A DNA stretch of 64,000 nt from a virus. The stretch is taken from the IMG/VR virus record IMGVR_UViG_3300018868_001080. One strand, 5' to 3'. Every line of letters begins with the position of its first letter. Position 1 is the first letter of the stretch. Shown here piece by piece: positions 28,100-37,903 of the stretch. Made by a program: the position numbers and the translations under genes. The notes beneath the pieces were generated by a model, which saw only the letters and a list, made by a program, of their open reading frames with translations, was not told the DNA's origin and searched no databases.

Positions 28100-28508
28100 T
28101 ATCCTTACGTGTGGTGCATATGCCAAAGATGCGTTGTTCATTAATAAAAATGCCTTTGTCAATCTTACCATACCCCTCCACATCAATGTTTGAAATGGGT
28201 ACCCCGAGATTATTTGGAAAGCAAATGACGTCACCGGGAGTGGTGTGTCTCACGCTTGGACCTGTAAGAATTACTCTGCCCAATCGCCATGCTTTTGTTT
28301 CAGCATTTACAGGCACCAGAATGCCATTGCGTATGATGTCTTTTCCATTGTCCGATTCATCAATAAAAATAGCAAGAATAATATCATCTAGCACTTGTTT
28401 CAGGTTGTGTCCTAAGAATACTGAATCAAACGTATTTTTAGGCAGATCAGCGAAATCAATTAAACTCTTGGGAACTGGGCCCAGAGCATCTACAGATAGT
28501 TTTGACAT
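28056..28508 (-). CDS. GroES-like co-chaperonin (gp31-like)
   Basis: VLDDIIL..GILVP..GRVILTGP..PGDVICF..INEQRIFG. Confidence 0.75.
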   Translation of the reverse strand: MSKLSVDALGPVPKSLIDFADLPKNTFDSVFLGHNLKQVLDDIILAIFIDESDNGKDIIRNGILVPVNAETKAWRLGRVILTGPSVRHTTPGDVICFPNNLGVPISNIDVEGYGKIDKGIFINEQRIFGICTTRKDNENNTRVPKKSPRK

Positions 28509-28852
28509 ATGATGTAATGATTTATCTCTCTTTTTGAGAGTTCAAGGTTTCGCGACAACATTGTTAGATTTGCATCTTCTTCTTTTTCTTTGTTATTGTT
28601 TTTCTTCATGTAGTCTATCTTGCTAAAGTTGTACCTCGGTAAGAAGTTTTTCAAGAAGTGAAAATGCTCCTGTTTGGACAGGTTAGTAAATCTGTTTGTA
28701 GTTATGTTGATAACATTGGCCAGTTCCTTGCTATGAAATGAACACCAGCGGTTAATCATATATGGTATATAGGAATTGTTGTTATCGTGATTTATTTCTC
28801 GCTTTTTCTTTGAAAAAAGAATAGAGTTAAGAAAATCAAAGATTGTATCCAT
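28490..28852 (-). CDS. gp62: Clamp loader small subunit (gp62-like)
   Basis: FDFLNSI..YIPYMINRWCS..HFHFL..LELSKREI. Confidence 0.75.
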   Translation of the reverse strand: MDTIFDFLNSILFSKKKREINHDNNNSYIPYMINRWCSFHSKELANVINITTNRFTNLSKQEHFHFLKNFLPRYNFSKIDYMKKNNNKEKEEDANLTMLSRNLELSKREINHYIICQNYL

Positions 28853-29436
28853 TAGCAAATGACTTTTGTCGTTGCAATGAATATGTTGTCGTTGAGATGG
28901 TAGAACAGATCGATAACTTCAGACATGAAGCTGTTTGCTTGATCATCTGTAAGATCTGTTGAGTATGCAAAGGCAGGTGCTTTTTTTCCTGCTTTAATAT
29001 TGATGCCTGTATGACCCAGGGCAACATCATTCTTAGTGTATGTGATACTAACGCTGCACTTGCCGCGAGGTTGTGCAACACCACCTTGTGTATGCTCCTT
29101 GTGCACAATCAAATCATCACCCTTCATTTCAATTGGTGCTTTGAGGTATTGTGTTGACAGTATATTTGCAATTTGAGTATTTAAAAGTCTCTGATATGCC
29201 ACTGCACCAAAAGCATCCAGGTACGGAATTTCCCAAAGGAAATTAATAGCATCATCACTGTATATGTAATCAGCATTAAGAATATCCTCACTGTCAATCA
29301 TGCCCTCTGCTTCAACTTGCATGGGTGCTCGAAAAGCAACAATGTTGCCGATGGGCAGAGTTTTATCTCGAAAAAACTTATAAGCAAATCGAGAGTGTAG
29401 CAACGAACCGTCATATATTTTTTGACTAATAATCAT
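28852..29436 (-). CDS. DUF366 / lipoate-ligase-fold protein
   Basis: YDGSLLH..IVAFRAPM..AVAYQRL..GDDL..KCSVSI..HTGIN. Confidence 0.7.
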   Translation of the reverse strand: MIISQKIYDGSLLHSRFAYKFFRDKTLPIGNIVAFRAPMQVEAEGMIDSEDILNADYIYSDDAINFLWEIPYLDAFGAVAYQRLLNTQIANILSTQYLKAPIEMKGDDLIVHKEHTQGGVAQPRGKCSVSITYTKNDVALGHTGINIKAGKKAPAFAYSTDLTDDQANSFMSEVIDLFYHLNDNIFIATTKVIC

Positions 29437-29466
29437 TTAATAATAATAATATGTTAAGTTTGTATA

Positions 29467-30474
29467 TCAACTATTTTCTATTTGGGATTTAATCCAGAAA
29501 TAAGTTTTCTCTAACCCTGCAACCAATGGGCTACATGGCTGCCAATTCAATTGCTTGTGTATCAACTTGTTGCAAGAATTTCTGCCTCTTACACCGGTAG
29601 GCCCATCCAGCTTGTAGTTTTTTATAATTTTTTTATTTTCAAATGAACATGCCAAGTCAACCAATTGATTGATGGTTACTCGTTCCACAGAACCAATGTT
29701 CACTGGTTCTGCAAAGTCTGATTGCATCAATCTGCGAATGCCTTCAATGCACTCATCAATATACAAGAAGGATCTAGTCTGCTCACCATCACCCCAGATT
29801 TCAATGTCGCCTGTGGATTGCAACACTTTGCGACAAATTGCAGCTGGTGCCTTCTCTCTACCACCCTGCCATGTACCTTGGGTGCCAAAGATGTTGTGAA
29901 AGCGAGCAATGCGCACGCTCAAATTGTAATTGCGGCTGTAAGCCAAGTATAACCTCTCACTAAAAAGTTTTTCCCAGCCATACTCACTGTCTGGGTTTGC
30001 AGGGTATGCGCTGTCTTCACTGCAGTTGGGATTGTTGGGGTCCAATTGATTGTGTTCTGGATACATGCAAGCACTGCTGCTATAAAAAATCTTTTTGCCT
30101 GCATAATTATATGCTGCAGCTGTCTTGCACACATTTAAATTGATAGTTGCAGAATTTTGCATCACATCTGCATCATGTTCTTTTGTGAAGATGTAGCCTG
30201 CACCACCCATGTCAGCAGCCAATTGATACACCTCGTCAAATGGCGTGACAACACTAGCTGTGCTATAATGCCAACTGGCATTCATTGCTCTTTTTACGGC
30301 GCTAGGATCTGTGAGATCCATTATAAAAAATTCATCCGCACCAGTATCAGAATACTCTGGGTGTTTTAAATCTATGCCTCGAACAAAATACCCCTCACTC
30401 TTCAATCTCGTTACAAGGTGGTTGCCAATGAATCCACCTGCACCAAGCACTAATGCTTTCTTGATATTACTCAT
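29467..30474 (-). CDS. NAD-dependent epimerase, GDP-mannose 3',5'-epimerase-like
   Basis: GAGGFIG, LAADMGGAGYI, YSSSACMYP, YGWEKL, GREKAPAAICRK. Confidence 0.92.
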   Translation of the reverse strand: MSNIKKALVLGAGGFIGNHLVTRLKSEGYFVRGIDLKHPEYSDTGADEFFIMDLTDPSAVKRAMNASWHYSTASVVTPFDEVYQLAADMGGAGYIFTKEHDADVMQNSATINLNVCKTAAAYNYAGKKIFYSSSACMYPEHNQLDPNNPNCSEDSAYPANPDSEYGWEKLFSERLYLAYSRNYNLSVRIARFHNIFGTQGTWQGGREKAPAAICRKVLQSTGDIEIWGDGEQTRSFLYIDECIEGIRRLMQSDFAEPVNIGSVERVTINQLVDLACSFENKKIIKNYKLDGPTGVRGRNSCNKLIHKQLNWQPCSPLVAGLEKTYFWIKSQIENS

Positions 30475-31192
30475 ATCTTAATATAGAATGTATCGATTCA
30501 ATATCAAGAAGGTTTTTTAGAATTTTTGCGTTGGGCACAACGCAATGACCACCGATTTTCTTGGAACCATACAGCACAGGTCTTGTCACATTCTTTTTGC
30601 CCAATGCTAAATAACCTTCATTATAAGTGAGATTATATGTTGTCATGACTTCTTCAAAATTTAACCCTTCTGTTTCACATAACTTGAGCACATCGTTATG
30701 AAACGCAATGCAAATGCCATAATATGTAGTGTCCAGTAGTTTTGCATATTCTGTGGTCTTGCTATTTTTGCAAATCAACGATTTAATATTCAGACAGTTC
30801 AAGTGCTCTTGATATTTTTTTGCTACAGAGCGGTCATCTGCACCAATGTATTTTAAGAAGAGCTTTATGCCTGTATCCAGATTAGGATGCAAGCCGCGAA
30901 CAGGTGAATGACAGGTGTTGCCAATGATCTTGCTTGTTGTGCCTGGTACAACTGTGGAGTGTATGACAGTGAGTTTTGGTGCGTTTTCTGAGATGTAATT
31001 GTTGACTGTAGTAACAAAATTCTCTGTAAATGGTATGCAGACGTTTAGTACATCACAGTTTTTTATGTCATCGTTGCAATTAAACTTGGGGTCTACAATG
31101 TATACTGAAGATGCAAAGTCCTTGTGCTCTCTGTACACCTTGGCAAGGCTACTACCAATTTCACCATACCCAATGATGCCTATTTTGTACAT
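30467..31192 (-). CDS. NDP-sugar dehydrogenase-like protein (short form)
   Basis: GYGEIG, HSTVVPG, EYAKL, GGHCV catalytic Cys. Confidence 0.8.
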   Translation of the reverse strand: MYKIGIIGYGEIGSSLAKVYREHKDFASSVYIVDPKFNCNDDIKNCDVLNVCIPFTENFVTTVNNYISENAPKLTVIHSTVVPGTTSKIIGNTCHSPVRGLHPNLDTGIKLFLKYIGADDRSVAKKYQEHLNCLNIKSLICKNSKTTEYAKLLDTTYYGICIAFHNDVLKLCETEGLNFEEVMTTYNLTYNEGYLALGKKNVTRPVLYGSKKIGGHCVVPNAKILKNLLDIESIHSILRYE

Positions 31193-32157
31193 TTTTTATT
31201 TTTGTAGAAATTTACAACTTCTTCAATTACTTCATCAACATTTTTTGTAGGCTTCCAACCAAGATGTTGTTTAATTTTTTCACTATTAGGAATTTTTTCA
31301 GGAGCTTCAGAGAAAAGAGGACCATGTAATGACACTGGATCAACATGACTAATATTTGACATTGTATGTGTAAGCTCTTTTACTTTCTCTGCAAGATACA
31401 GCACAGTTCTTTCGTTTTGCTCGTAACCGATATTCCATTCATGGTTCCAGTATTCATCAGGTGCAGTTGAAGTTAAATATATGCCATCAACTATATCTTT
31501 TACCCAGGTGAAAGCTCTGAGCTGCAATCCATTATAATAAACTGTGATGTCCTCATTGTTTAGTGCTTGGTCTACAAATCTTGGCAAAACAAAGCCACCA
31601 TCAGGCAGTTGATACTCACCTGTAATATTAAATGGTCTGATGATCTGATATTTAAAATTGGAATTAATTTTACCATGATTAGCCAGAACTATTTCTGATA
31701 GTAATTTTGAAATTGCATATTCATTTCTTACAGTAAAAGGTCCATGTAAAACTTTATCGTCTTCTTCTTTCAGATAACTTTTACTGGCTCTATATCCATA
31801 GATTTCAGATGTGGATATGAACAGCAGGGGACATTTGTTGTGATTTGCTCCGTTGATTGCCCAGTATATATCATCTAAAATCAATCTCGCCATATTACCA
31901 GAATGCTTGAGGACACCAACCGGGCCCACTGGTGATGCGAGGTGCAGTATTAAATCAAACTTGGGCAGATCCGCCCACTTGACATGCAAAATGTTGTCCA
32001 CAATAACCTGTGTATCTTTGGTAATGGAGTGATCTGCAGGTATGGCATTCGATGACATGTTATCAATGATGGTAATGCTCCAGCCAAGCGCTTTCCACTT
32101 CTCAATGCAGTGTACACCTACGAATCCTAGACCACCAGTGATAAGAATCCTTTTCAT
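31180..32157 (-). CDS. NAD-dependent epimerase/decarboxylase (UDP-GlcA decarboxylase-like)
   Basis: TGGLGFVG, HLASP, STSEIYG, YAISK, RPFNITG. Confidence 0.85.
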   Translation of the reverse strand: MKRILITGGLGFVGVHCIEKWKALGWSITIIDNMSSNAIPADHSITKDTQVIVDNILHVKWADLPKFDLILHLASPVGPVGVLKHSGNMARLILDDIYWAINGANHNKCPLLFISTSEIYGYRASKSYLKEEDDKVLHGPFTVRNEYAISKLLSEIVLANHGKINSNFKYQIIRPFNITGEYQLPDGGFVLPRFVDQALNNEDITVYYNGLQLRAFTWVKDIVDGIYLTSTAPDEYWNHEWNIGYEQNERTVLYLAEKVKELTHTMSNISHVDPVSLHGPLFSEAPEKIPNSEKIKQHLGWKPTKNVDEVIEEVVNFYKNKKCTK

Positions 32158-32199
32158 CACTATAATTAGCACATGTTATTGTTATTTCAATCTACCTTA

Positions 32200-32931
32200 T
32201 CAGACGTAACTAGTAATTAATTTTCTATTGGCTATTAGTGATGATCCGGATGGCCCGGATTCAGGTTTATCATAATCTATATTGAGGATTGAATCACTCC
32301 ACTTCTTCCATGTAGTACTAATATCAGATCTGGGGTCACCATTGAATAGATCCCAGTGTGGGTATTTTTCTTCAGCTAAAGTTTTTACAATAACAAAGTG
32401 GTCATAACCATTGTATTTTTGCAGCCAATGTGGTGTGGAGCTATGACCACCAGGCACATTGAGAGGCGATTTCCAGGTGGTATCATAAGTGCTCTCCTGG
32501 CTCTCATAAAGGGCTAAATCTGCTTCATACAATCTCCACACCCAATCACGATCTTCCCAACCACCATGAATGAACCTCTCGTCCCACCAGCCTATTTTTC
32601 TGATTAATTCTTTTGCAAACCCCATGAACCCAACATTATAAAGCAGCACACACGACATGCCATTCTCAAGTAAATGCAGCATTTTTTCCACTTCTTCTGG
32701 TTTCGGATAAGTGCGATCGTTAATTAATATTACCCATTCCGTTGGTGAAGTAACAATAGCGTGGTTTATGAGCTGAGAGTATGAGGGGTACATTTTAGGA
32801 TACCTATCGATTCTATTGTTCCAGTGTACTTTGTATTTTGCCTCTAACGGCTTTAATGCCTCTATTTGTTTATTTGTTATATCTCTACTGCAACCACAGT
32901 GCAAGCTAATTGTAAATTCGTCAATTTTCAT
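32200..32931 (-). CDS. GT-A fold glycosyltransferase
   Basis: ILINDR, IGWWDERF..GWEDRDW. Confidence 0.7.
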   Translation of the reverse strand: MKIDEFTISLHCGCSRDITNKQIEALKPLEAKYKVHWNNRIDRYPKMYPSYSQLINHAIVTSPTEWVILINDRTYPKPEEVEKMLHLLENGMSCVLLYNVGFMGFAKELIRKIGWWDERFIHGGWEDRDWVWRLYEADLALYESQESTYDTTWKSPLNVPGGHSSTPHWLQKYNGYDHFVIVKTLAEEKYPHWDLFNGDPRSDISTTWKKWSDSILNIDYDKPESGPSGSSLIANRKLITSYV

Positions 32932-33344
32932 ATAAAATCAGTGCATATGCCGTAACAATTATAGTTTAACTGTTTCCAATCATTTTGCAAGTGCACAATA
33001 ATGCTTTTTTCATTCACTGCTTTGCCTGGATATGTCCAAATATAACCATTGGAAGTTAATGTCCGTTCATCAGATTCATGCCAGAAGCAAGCAACATTTT
33101 TATTTAAAAGAAATATTAATGCATCTAAATTTTTTGCATGCCACCAAATGCTCTTAAGCTCAAAAAAGGAGCCATCAACAGCATGATCAGGCGCATCGTG
33201 ACCAAGAAACAAACCCCCATGAGTTGCATGGACATCAACCTCGCAATCATAACCCATGTTCAATACTTTTTTTATTTGTTCCGGGGTATTTTCCAATGTT
33301 AAGTTCGAGCCGCTTGTATTGCCTCTGTGTGAAATTAGCTTCAT
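32928..33344 (-). CDS. Short PLC/GDPD-like phosphodiesterase
   Basis: ISHRGN..ENT..DCEVDV..LGHD..HAKN..GICTD. Confidence 0.75.
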   Translation of the reverse strand: MKLISHRGNTSGSNLTLENTPEQIKKVLNMGYDCEVDVHATHGGLFLGHDAPDHAVDGSFFELKSIWWHAKNLDALIFLLNKNVACFWHESDERTLTSNGYIWTYPGKAVNEKSIIVHLQNDWKQLNYNCYGICTDFI

Positions 33345-33347
33345 CTG

Positions 33348-34544
33348 TTATGCAGAAACTATGCCCCACTTTTCAATGGCTTGGTTATATTCCTTGCCAT
33401 GTTCCTTATCAATAGCTTGCCGCATAGCCAAGGCACCAGATCGGGAGCCACCTGGATGGCCGTGCACTGCACCACCTACATTTGCCATAAAATCATTACC
33501 CACCCTGCCAATACAGAAATCAACTAGACCGGGATGCATTCCGCAACTAAGAGCTGGCACAGTATTGCCTTCTCTTAAAATTTTTAATGCTTGCATCAAT
33601 TCAATTTCATCATCATTGCTATAACCACCAACCATACCTGCTTGTATTGTATCAGCACCCATGAGAGTTGCTAACTGACAAACAACAGGCCAAGCAATAG
33701 AGAATCTATGACTTCTATCTGTAAATACTCTGTCGCCGCTTTTTTGAAAATGTAAGAATACTGGTAAATCTAACTTACGAATGCTATTATAAACCCCCAG
33801 ACCGCTCCATACATTTATGTGTACTCCGTTGCCGCCCAGTTCGCTTACTTTGCGTACCCTATCTAAAACAACATGTGGATCTCCATTAATTGTGTGGCAA
33901 AAAGCTATTTTTTTCTTTTGTGTTGAAAGATAGTTAGCTATAACTTCTACCCTTTCCTCCAACCGGCAACATGCAGGGTTACTCATTATTTCATCTTCTT
34001 TAATAAAATCAACACCACCCTCAACAACTTGTTTAACCATTTCAAGCAAAACTTTTGAAGTGATACCAGTTTTGGGTTTAATAATAGCACCAAAAAGCGG
34101 TTTGTTAAATTGATTGGTTAATTTCCTCAATCCTGTGATGCCAAATTTTGGGCCCAAGAAATGCTGCTTAACACATTCTGGTATTAGCAAATCAATTAAT
34201 CTGCAGCTAGTGATCAGATCGATATCTACATGACCTCCCATGAGCTGGCACAATAAATGGCTAATACCATCGTTATCCCAGTCACTATTGATAACAGGAA
34301 ATCCTATCTCTACCATACCAGCCTTTTGTTCCTCTAATTTCTTTTCATCCGCAAATATAATACAGCTGTGATTTTCAAACAAGCTGTCTGTCTCCCATTC
34401 ATTTCTTACATTAGGATTACCAACACTTTGACCTATGGCTAGGTTCCAAGCTGCTGCTTTGAGAGATTGGTTGCTTGACATTCTATATGTGGCAACAACA
34501 TATTTGTTGATGTCTACCTCTTCCTTGTTACGGAAAATTTTCAT
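33348..34544 (-). CDS. RuBisCO-like protein (form IV-type)
   Basis: GPKFG, IIKPKTG, GGVDFIKEDE, ALSCG, NVGGAVHGHPGG. Confidence 0.92.
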   Translation of the reverse strand: MKIFRNKEEVDINKYVVATYRMSSNQSLKAAAWNLAIGQSVGNPNVRNEWETDSLFENHSCIIFADEKKLEEQKAGMVEIGFPVINSDWDNDGISHLLCQLMGGHVDIDLITSCRLIDLLIPECVKQHFLGPKFGITGLRKLTNQFNKPLFGAIIKPKTGITSKVLLEMVKQVVEGGVDFIKEDEIMSNPACCRLEERVEVIANYLSTQKKKIAFCHTINGDPHVVLDRVRKVSELGGNGVHINVWSGLGVYNSIRKLDLPVFLHFQKSGDRVFTDRSHRFSIAWPVVCQLATLMGADTIQAGMVGGYSNDDEIELMQALKILREGNTVPALSCGMHPGLVDFCIGRVGNDFMANVGGAVHGHPGGSRSGALAMRQAIDKEHGKEYNQAIEKWGIVSA

Positions 34545-34854
34545 ATTTATCTCCTGTCACAGAAGGTGTTTTTACAACTATAAGTTCGCAATCTTCAAAA
34601 AAAGTGGGATCTGCTATTTCATTTGGTTCAATAACAAAAACATCTCCTTGTTGTAAAATTTTTTCTTGTATCATCATTTTACCTTTGATTAGATAGTTAA
34701 TCTCCGTCGCAACTTTATGCAAGTGCTTTGGCCAGCATTCACCTTTCTGATGCTGCTTATAGCAGACTTCAAATTCTTTTGTCTTGAGAACAGAAGGGCT
34801 AAAATCACCGATAAACCACCCACCTTTAAAAGTATTAATGTTATAGATTTTCAT
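34528..34854 (-). CDS. Cupin protein
   Basis: GWFIGDF..HLHKVATEINY..GDVFVIEP. Confidence 0.8.
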   Translation of the reverse strand: MKIYNINTFKGGWFIGDFSPSVLKTKEFEVCYKQHQKGECWPKHLHKVATEINYLIKGKMMIQEKILQQGDVFVIEPNEIADPTFFEDCELIVVKTPSVTGDKYENFP

Positions 34855-35569
34855 ATATTTGTTCTGTAAAATAATTTAAATCGTCTGGCACACCAATGGG
34901 GTAATGGAGATTATAGTAATAAGGTATAATTTTCTTACCATCTCTTATCATGTAATTGTATGAAGGTGCAACATAAAATTCATTACCATATCTTTCATCT
35001 TTTTTTATCATTTCGTTTGCTGAATAAACAAAATCAGAACCCTTGGACCAAAAGTGCAGACCATTTGTTGCAATATTACTGATTACAATTTTTTCTTTTA
35101 TTTCCTGAATTCTTAAATCTTCACTAAGCTTTATGTAGCTATTTTTATTGGAATTAGAATGAAAGGCACCAACAATGCCATCTGCTTGATTAAATTTAGC
35201 AAAATTAAGTAAATTTTTAATATTAAAATCAACAATAATCTGGTCACAATTTACTATAATAAGCTGTTGACTGTTGTTGATATATTTTTCAGCTAGTAAG
35301 CATGTGCACGCGGGTCCTTCAGTAAGAGCCTCAGCAACTATGAGCTCATAATTAATGTCTAGTGAATCAAGAATGTCTTTGAAGCTTTTATCTGTACTGA
35401 GTTGTGATGAGATAATTAAAAAAAATTTAGTTTGTTTATCTTGTGATAGGTTATCAATGATGCGAGTTACCATCGGCTTGCCTTTCACATCAATCAGGGG
35501 CTTGAGCTCACCCGGGTGAGTTTTGCTAAATCGAGAGCCCACCCCAGCCATGGGTATAACCATATTCAT
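34841..35569 (-). CDS. Sugar-phosphate nucleotidyltransferase
   Basis: IPMAGVGSRF..KPLI, NCDQ, IKEK, EFYVAP. Confidence 0.88.
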   Translation of the reverse strand: MNMVIPMAGVGSRFSKTHPGELKPLIDVKGKPMVTRIIDNLSQDKQTKFFLIISSQLSTDKSFKDILDSLDINYELIVAEALTEGPACTCLLAEKYINNSQQLIIVNCDQIIVDFNIKNLLNFAKFNQADGIVGAFHSNSNKNSYIKLSEDLRIQEIKEKIVISNIATNGLHFWSKGSDFVYSANEMIKKDERYGNEFYVAPSYNYMIRDGKKIIPYYYNLHYPIGVPDDLNYFTEQIYENL

Positions 35570-35573
35570 GGCA

Positions 35574-36236
35574 TCAACAACCGATTATGCCGTCTGCACG
35601 TACAATATAAAATGTCTTATGAATTATATTAACATTAATATTGTTTGCATTTAAATGTGCACCTAGTATACCCTCTGGACATGGTTGTTTTATACGCTCG
35701 GTGCCTTCATTATCGTTGTAAACTTTTGCATATGTGTCCATAGTATTCGAATTACCGTATGCAAACCAATCATTTATACCACCGCAGCCACCTGGGCGGT
35801 CCATAAGATATACCTGCTTCTCTGCACAGTTGTGTAGATTTATTTTTTCGCTATAAAGCAAATCCCATCTTACTCTTACTACAACATCATACTTAAAATT
35901 ATTAACCCGCTCGTATTCTTTCTTAAGATCATTACTTCTTGTAATAGACCTGAGCATGCTCTTTGTATTTTCAGAAAAGGTGGGGTAATCAAAACAGAAA
36001 GAGATTGGCTTTAGAAAATTAACTACGTCAGTTATATCATAATCTGTATACTTGCCATAGGGTGTTGTGTCATGGTCGTTGAAATCATTCTTATAAGCAC
36101 TATCGTCATGCTTATGCCAGCAATGGCAAAACACATCACAATTGTAAGGATCGATTAGATGGTCTTTTAAGCTTTGGCGTACATAATTAAAGCTACGTAT
36201 TTGACCTGATAAACAAACAGCTACTTTCATTTCCAT
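35574..36236 (-). CDS. Putative glycosyltransferase
   Basis: VAVCLSGQIR..YDVVVRVRWD..NDWFAYG. Confidence 0.65.
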   Translation of the reverse strand: MEMKVAVCLSGQIRSFNYVRQSLKDHLIDPYNCDVFCHCWHKHDDSAYKNDFNDHDTTPYGKYTDYDITDVVNFLKPISFCFDYPTFSENTKSMLRSITRSNDLKKEYERVNNFKYDVVVRVRWDLLYSEKINLHNCAEKQVYLMDRPGGCGGINDWFAYGNSNTMDTYAKVYNDNEGTERIKQPCPEGILGAHLNANNINVNIIHKTFYIVRADGIIGC

Positions 36237-36241
36237 ATAAT

Positions 36242-37063
36242 TTATTTGATGGGGTAGCGCCTATTGTATTCCTCGAATAACCAAGGCTGGCCACCTGCAA
36301 AATGTCTGTAGATTATATTATTTGGATCGGCATGCACAATATCATATGTGTTGGGCTTTGTTGGTGTGAACGTTTTATCGCCTGTCTCGTCCAATAGATG
36401 TGTAACGTTCCATTCTGTTGGCAGTATATCAACATTCTCAAGCAATTCGTCCAGCGACAGAACAGTTTTTTCAGTTACTTCAGAATGCAGACCGTTGTTA
36501 GGTAGATCATAGAAAGGCGTCCAGCTATGAGGTTTTATGCCAGCATGCACATAGTATGCCTGCTGATCACCATGATAAAAGGTTCTCTTTTCATTAAAAT
36601 GTTCGTTCCAAATTTTAAAATCTTTGTTTTCATAGAATTTCTCTCTTGAAGTAATCAGATTGATTAGCTTGCGGGTGAATGGCGAGATTTTGAGAATAAA
36701 GAATCCAAAGCAATGTGTGTTGCCTGAATCAATTGCATAGGTGAAACTTTTCTTGGGCTCATAAAACTTATCGAGCTGAGCAATAAAAACGTCTGCATCA
36801 TATTGATATATAACATCACCATCCACAAGCTTGCCTGAGTCAACTAAATCTTTGAAAAGATACCACCTGTTGAAATGAAAATTATCACCAGGGTGAAGCT
36901 CTGGGAAGTAGATTTGTGGAGTAAAATTGGTTTGATTGATCTCAATATACTTTAACCCGTGCATCTCACAATATTTTCTATTGCGCGGCTCAATATACTT
37001 TCTGAATAAGTTTTCGCGTTCACCGTGCCATATAGCAAAATTTAAGAAATATTTCTTCATCAT
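36242..37063 (-). CDS. Putative GT-A glycosyltransferase
   Basis: YDADV DxD motif, GDQ, EWN, HFAG. Confidence 0.65.
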   Translation of the reverse strand: MMKKYFLNFAIWHGERENLFRKYIEPRNRKYCEMHGLKYIEINQTNFTPQIYFPELHPGDNFHFNRWYLFKDLVDSGKLVDGDVIYQYDADVFIAQLDKFYEPKKSFTYAIDSGNTHCFGFFILKISPFTRKLINLITSREKFYENKDFKIWNEHFNEKRTFYHGDQQAYYVHAGIKPHSWTPFYDLPNNGLHSEVTEKTVLSLDELLENVDILPTEWNVTHLLDETGDKTFTPTKPNTYDIVHADPNNIIYRHFAGGQPWLFEEYNRRYPIK

Positions 37064-37081
37064 TCTAATATATACTATTAA

Positions 37082-37903
37082 TTAGCTTTTGCAAGTACTT
37101 GCGGCATCGAGAATTAATTTTTTATAATAATTGAAGTCTGATTTGTATGTTTCTTTTTTACTCACCTCAGCATACTTGGTCATGAGCAGCTCCGGTGTTA
37201 AATCTTCCCATGAGTTAATAAAAAGAATTGGGCAATCTTTAAAATAAACCACTGGTATATCTTTTAAAACAATGGGCACTGTTCCTACATACATTGACTC
37301 CCAGATTCTATGACAGTCAACACTGTTTCCTGGTGGTGAAATAACATACTTGTATGTGCTTAGTTTGCGCAAATAGTCTTCAAAGCTATGCTTATGAAAA
37401 TCGAAATCGATAAAATCGTAATGTTTGATCTTCTGTATTGCATGAGACCTCTCATTGGGATTTGTGTTGGGATCAAAGTTACAGTAAACAAGATTCTTTT
37501 TACTATTGTTCTCATTAATTATTTTTAATATTGTTTCTTTGTTACCGTGAGGCCAAACTTCATTTGCCATACCTATGGGTATGGTTTGTAATTTATTGTG
37601 CATAACATGGCAATTCATGCCAAACCATTTGACGAGATGCGGGTTGTTGAGAATCGATAGATGTTCTGTTGTGACTGGTGCATCTGCATCATGCGTAATC
37701 AAGACAAACGGGTAATTAATGTTGGGTAAATTTTCTCTTGCAAATAGAGAAATGTTATCACCATGAAGAAAAATAATATTTTCGTCAGGGTTGTATGTAA
37801 TTTTCTTACCATATCTAGATATGTAGTTGCTTGCAAGGCTCAACAACTTATCTGGTGTAATTATAAAATCTGTATTATTCACTTTTCTTAATAAACTCTT
37901 CAA
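37082..37903 (-). CDS. Exostosin/GT47-like glycosyltransferase
   Basis: YKYVISPPGNSVDCHRIWES..VPIV. Confidence 0.75.
   Translation of the reverse strand: MKSLLRKVNNTDFIITPDKLLSLASNYISRYGKKITYNPDENIIFLHGDNISLFARENLPNINYPFVLITHDADAPVTTEHLSILNNPHLVKWFGMNCHVMHNKLQTIPIGMANEVWPHGNKETILKIINENNSKKNLVYCNFDPNTNPNERSHAIQKIKHYDFIDFDFHKHSFEDYLRKLSTYKYVISPPGNSVDCHRIWESMYVGTVPIVLKDIPVVYFKDCPILFINSWEDLTPELLMTKYAEVSKKETYKSDFNYYKKLILDAASTCKS

Noticed and set aside
33348-34544. CO2-fixing RuBisCO
   Set aside because: Equivalents of K334, H294, H327, N123 and E60 appear substituted; no small subunit or PRK nearby.
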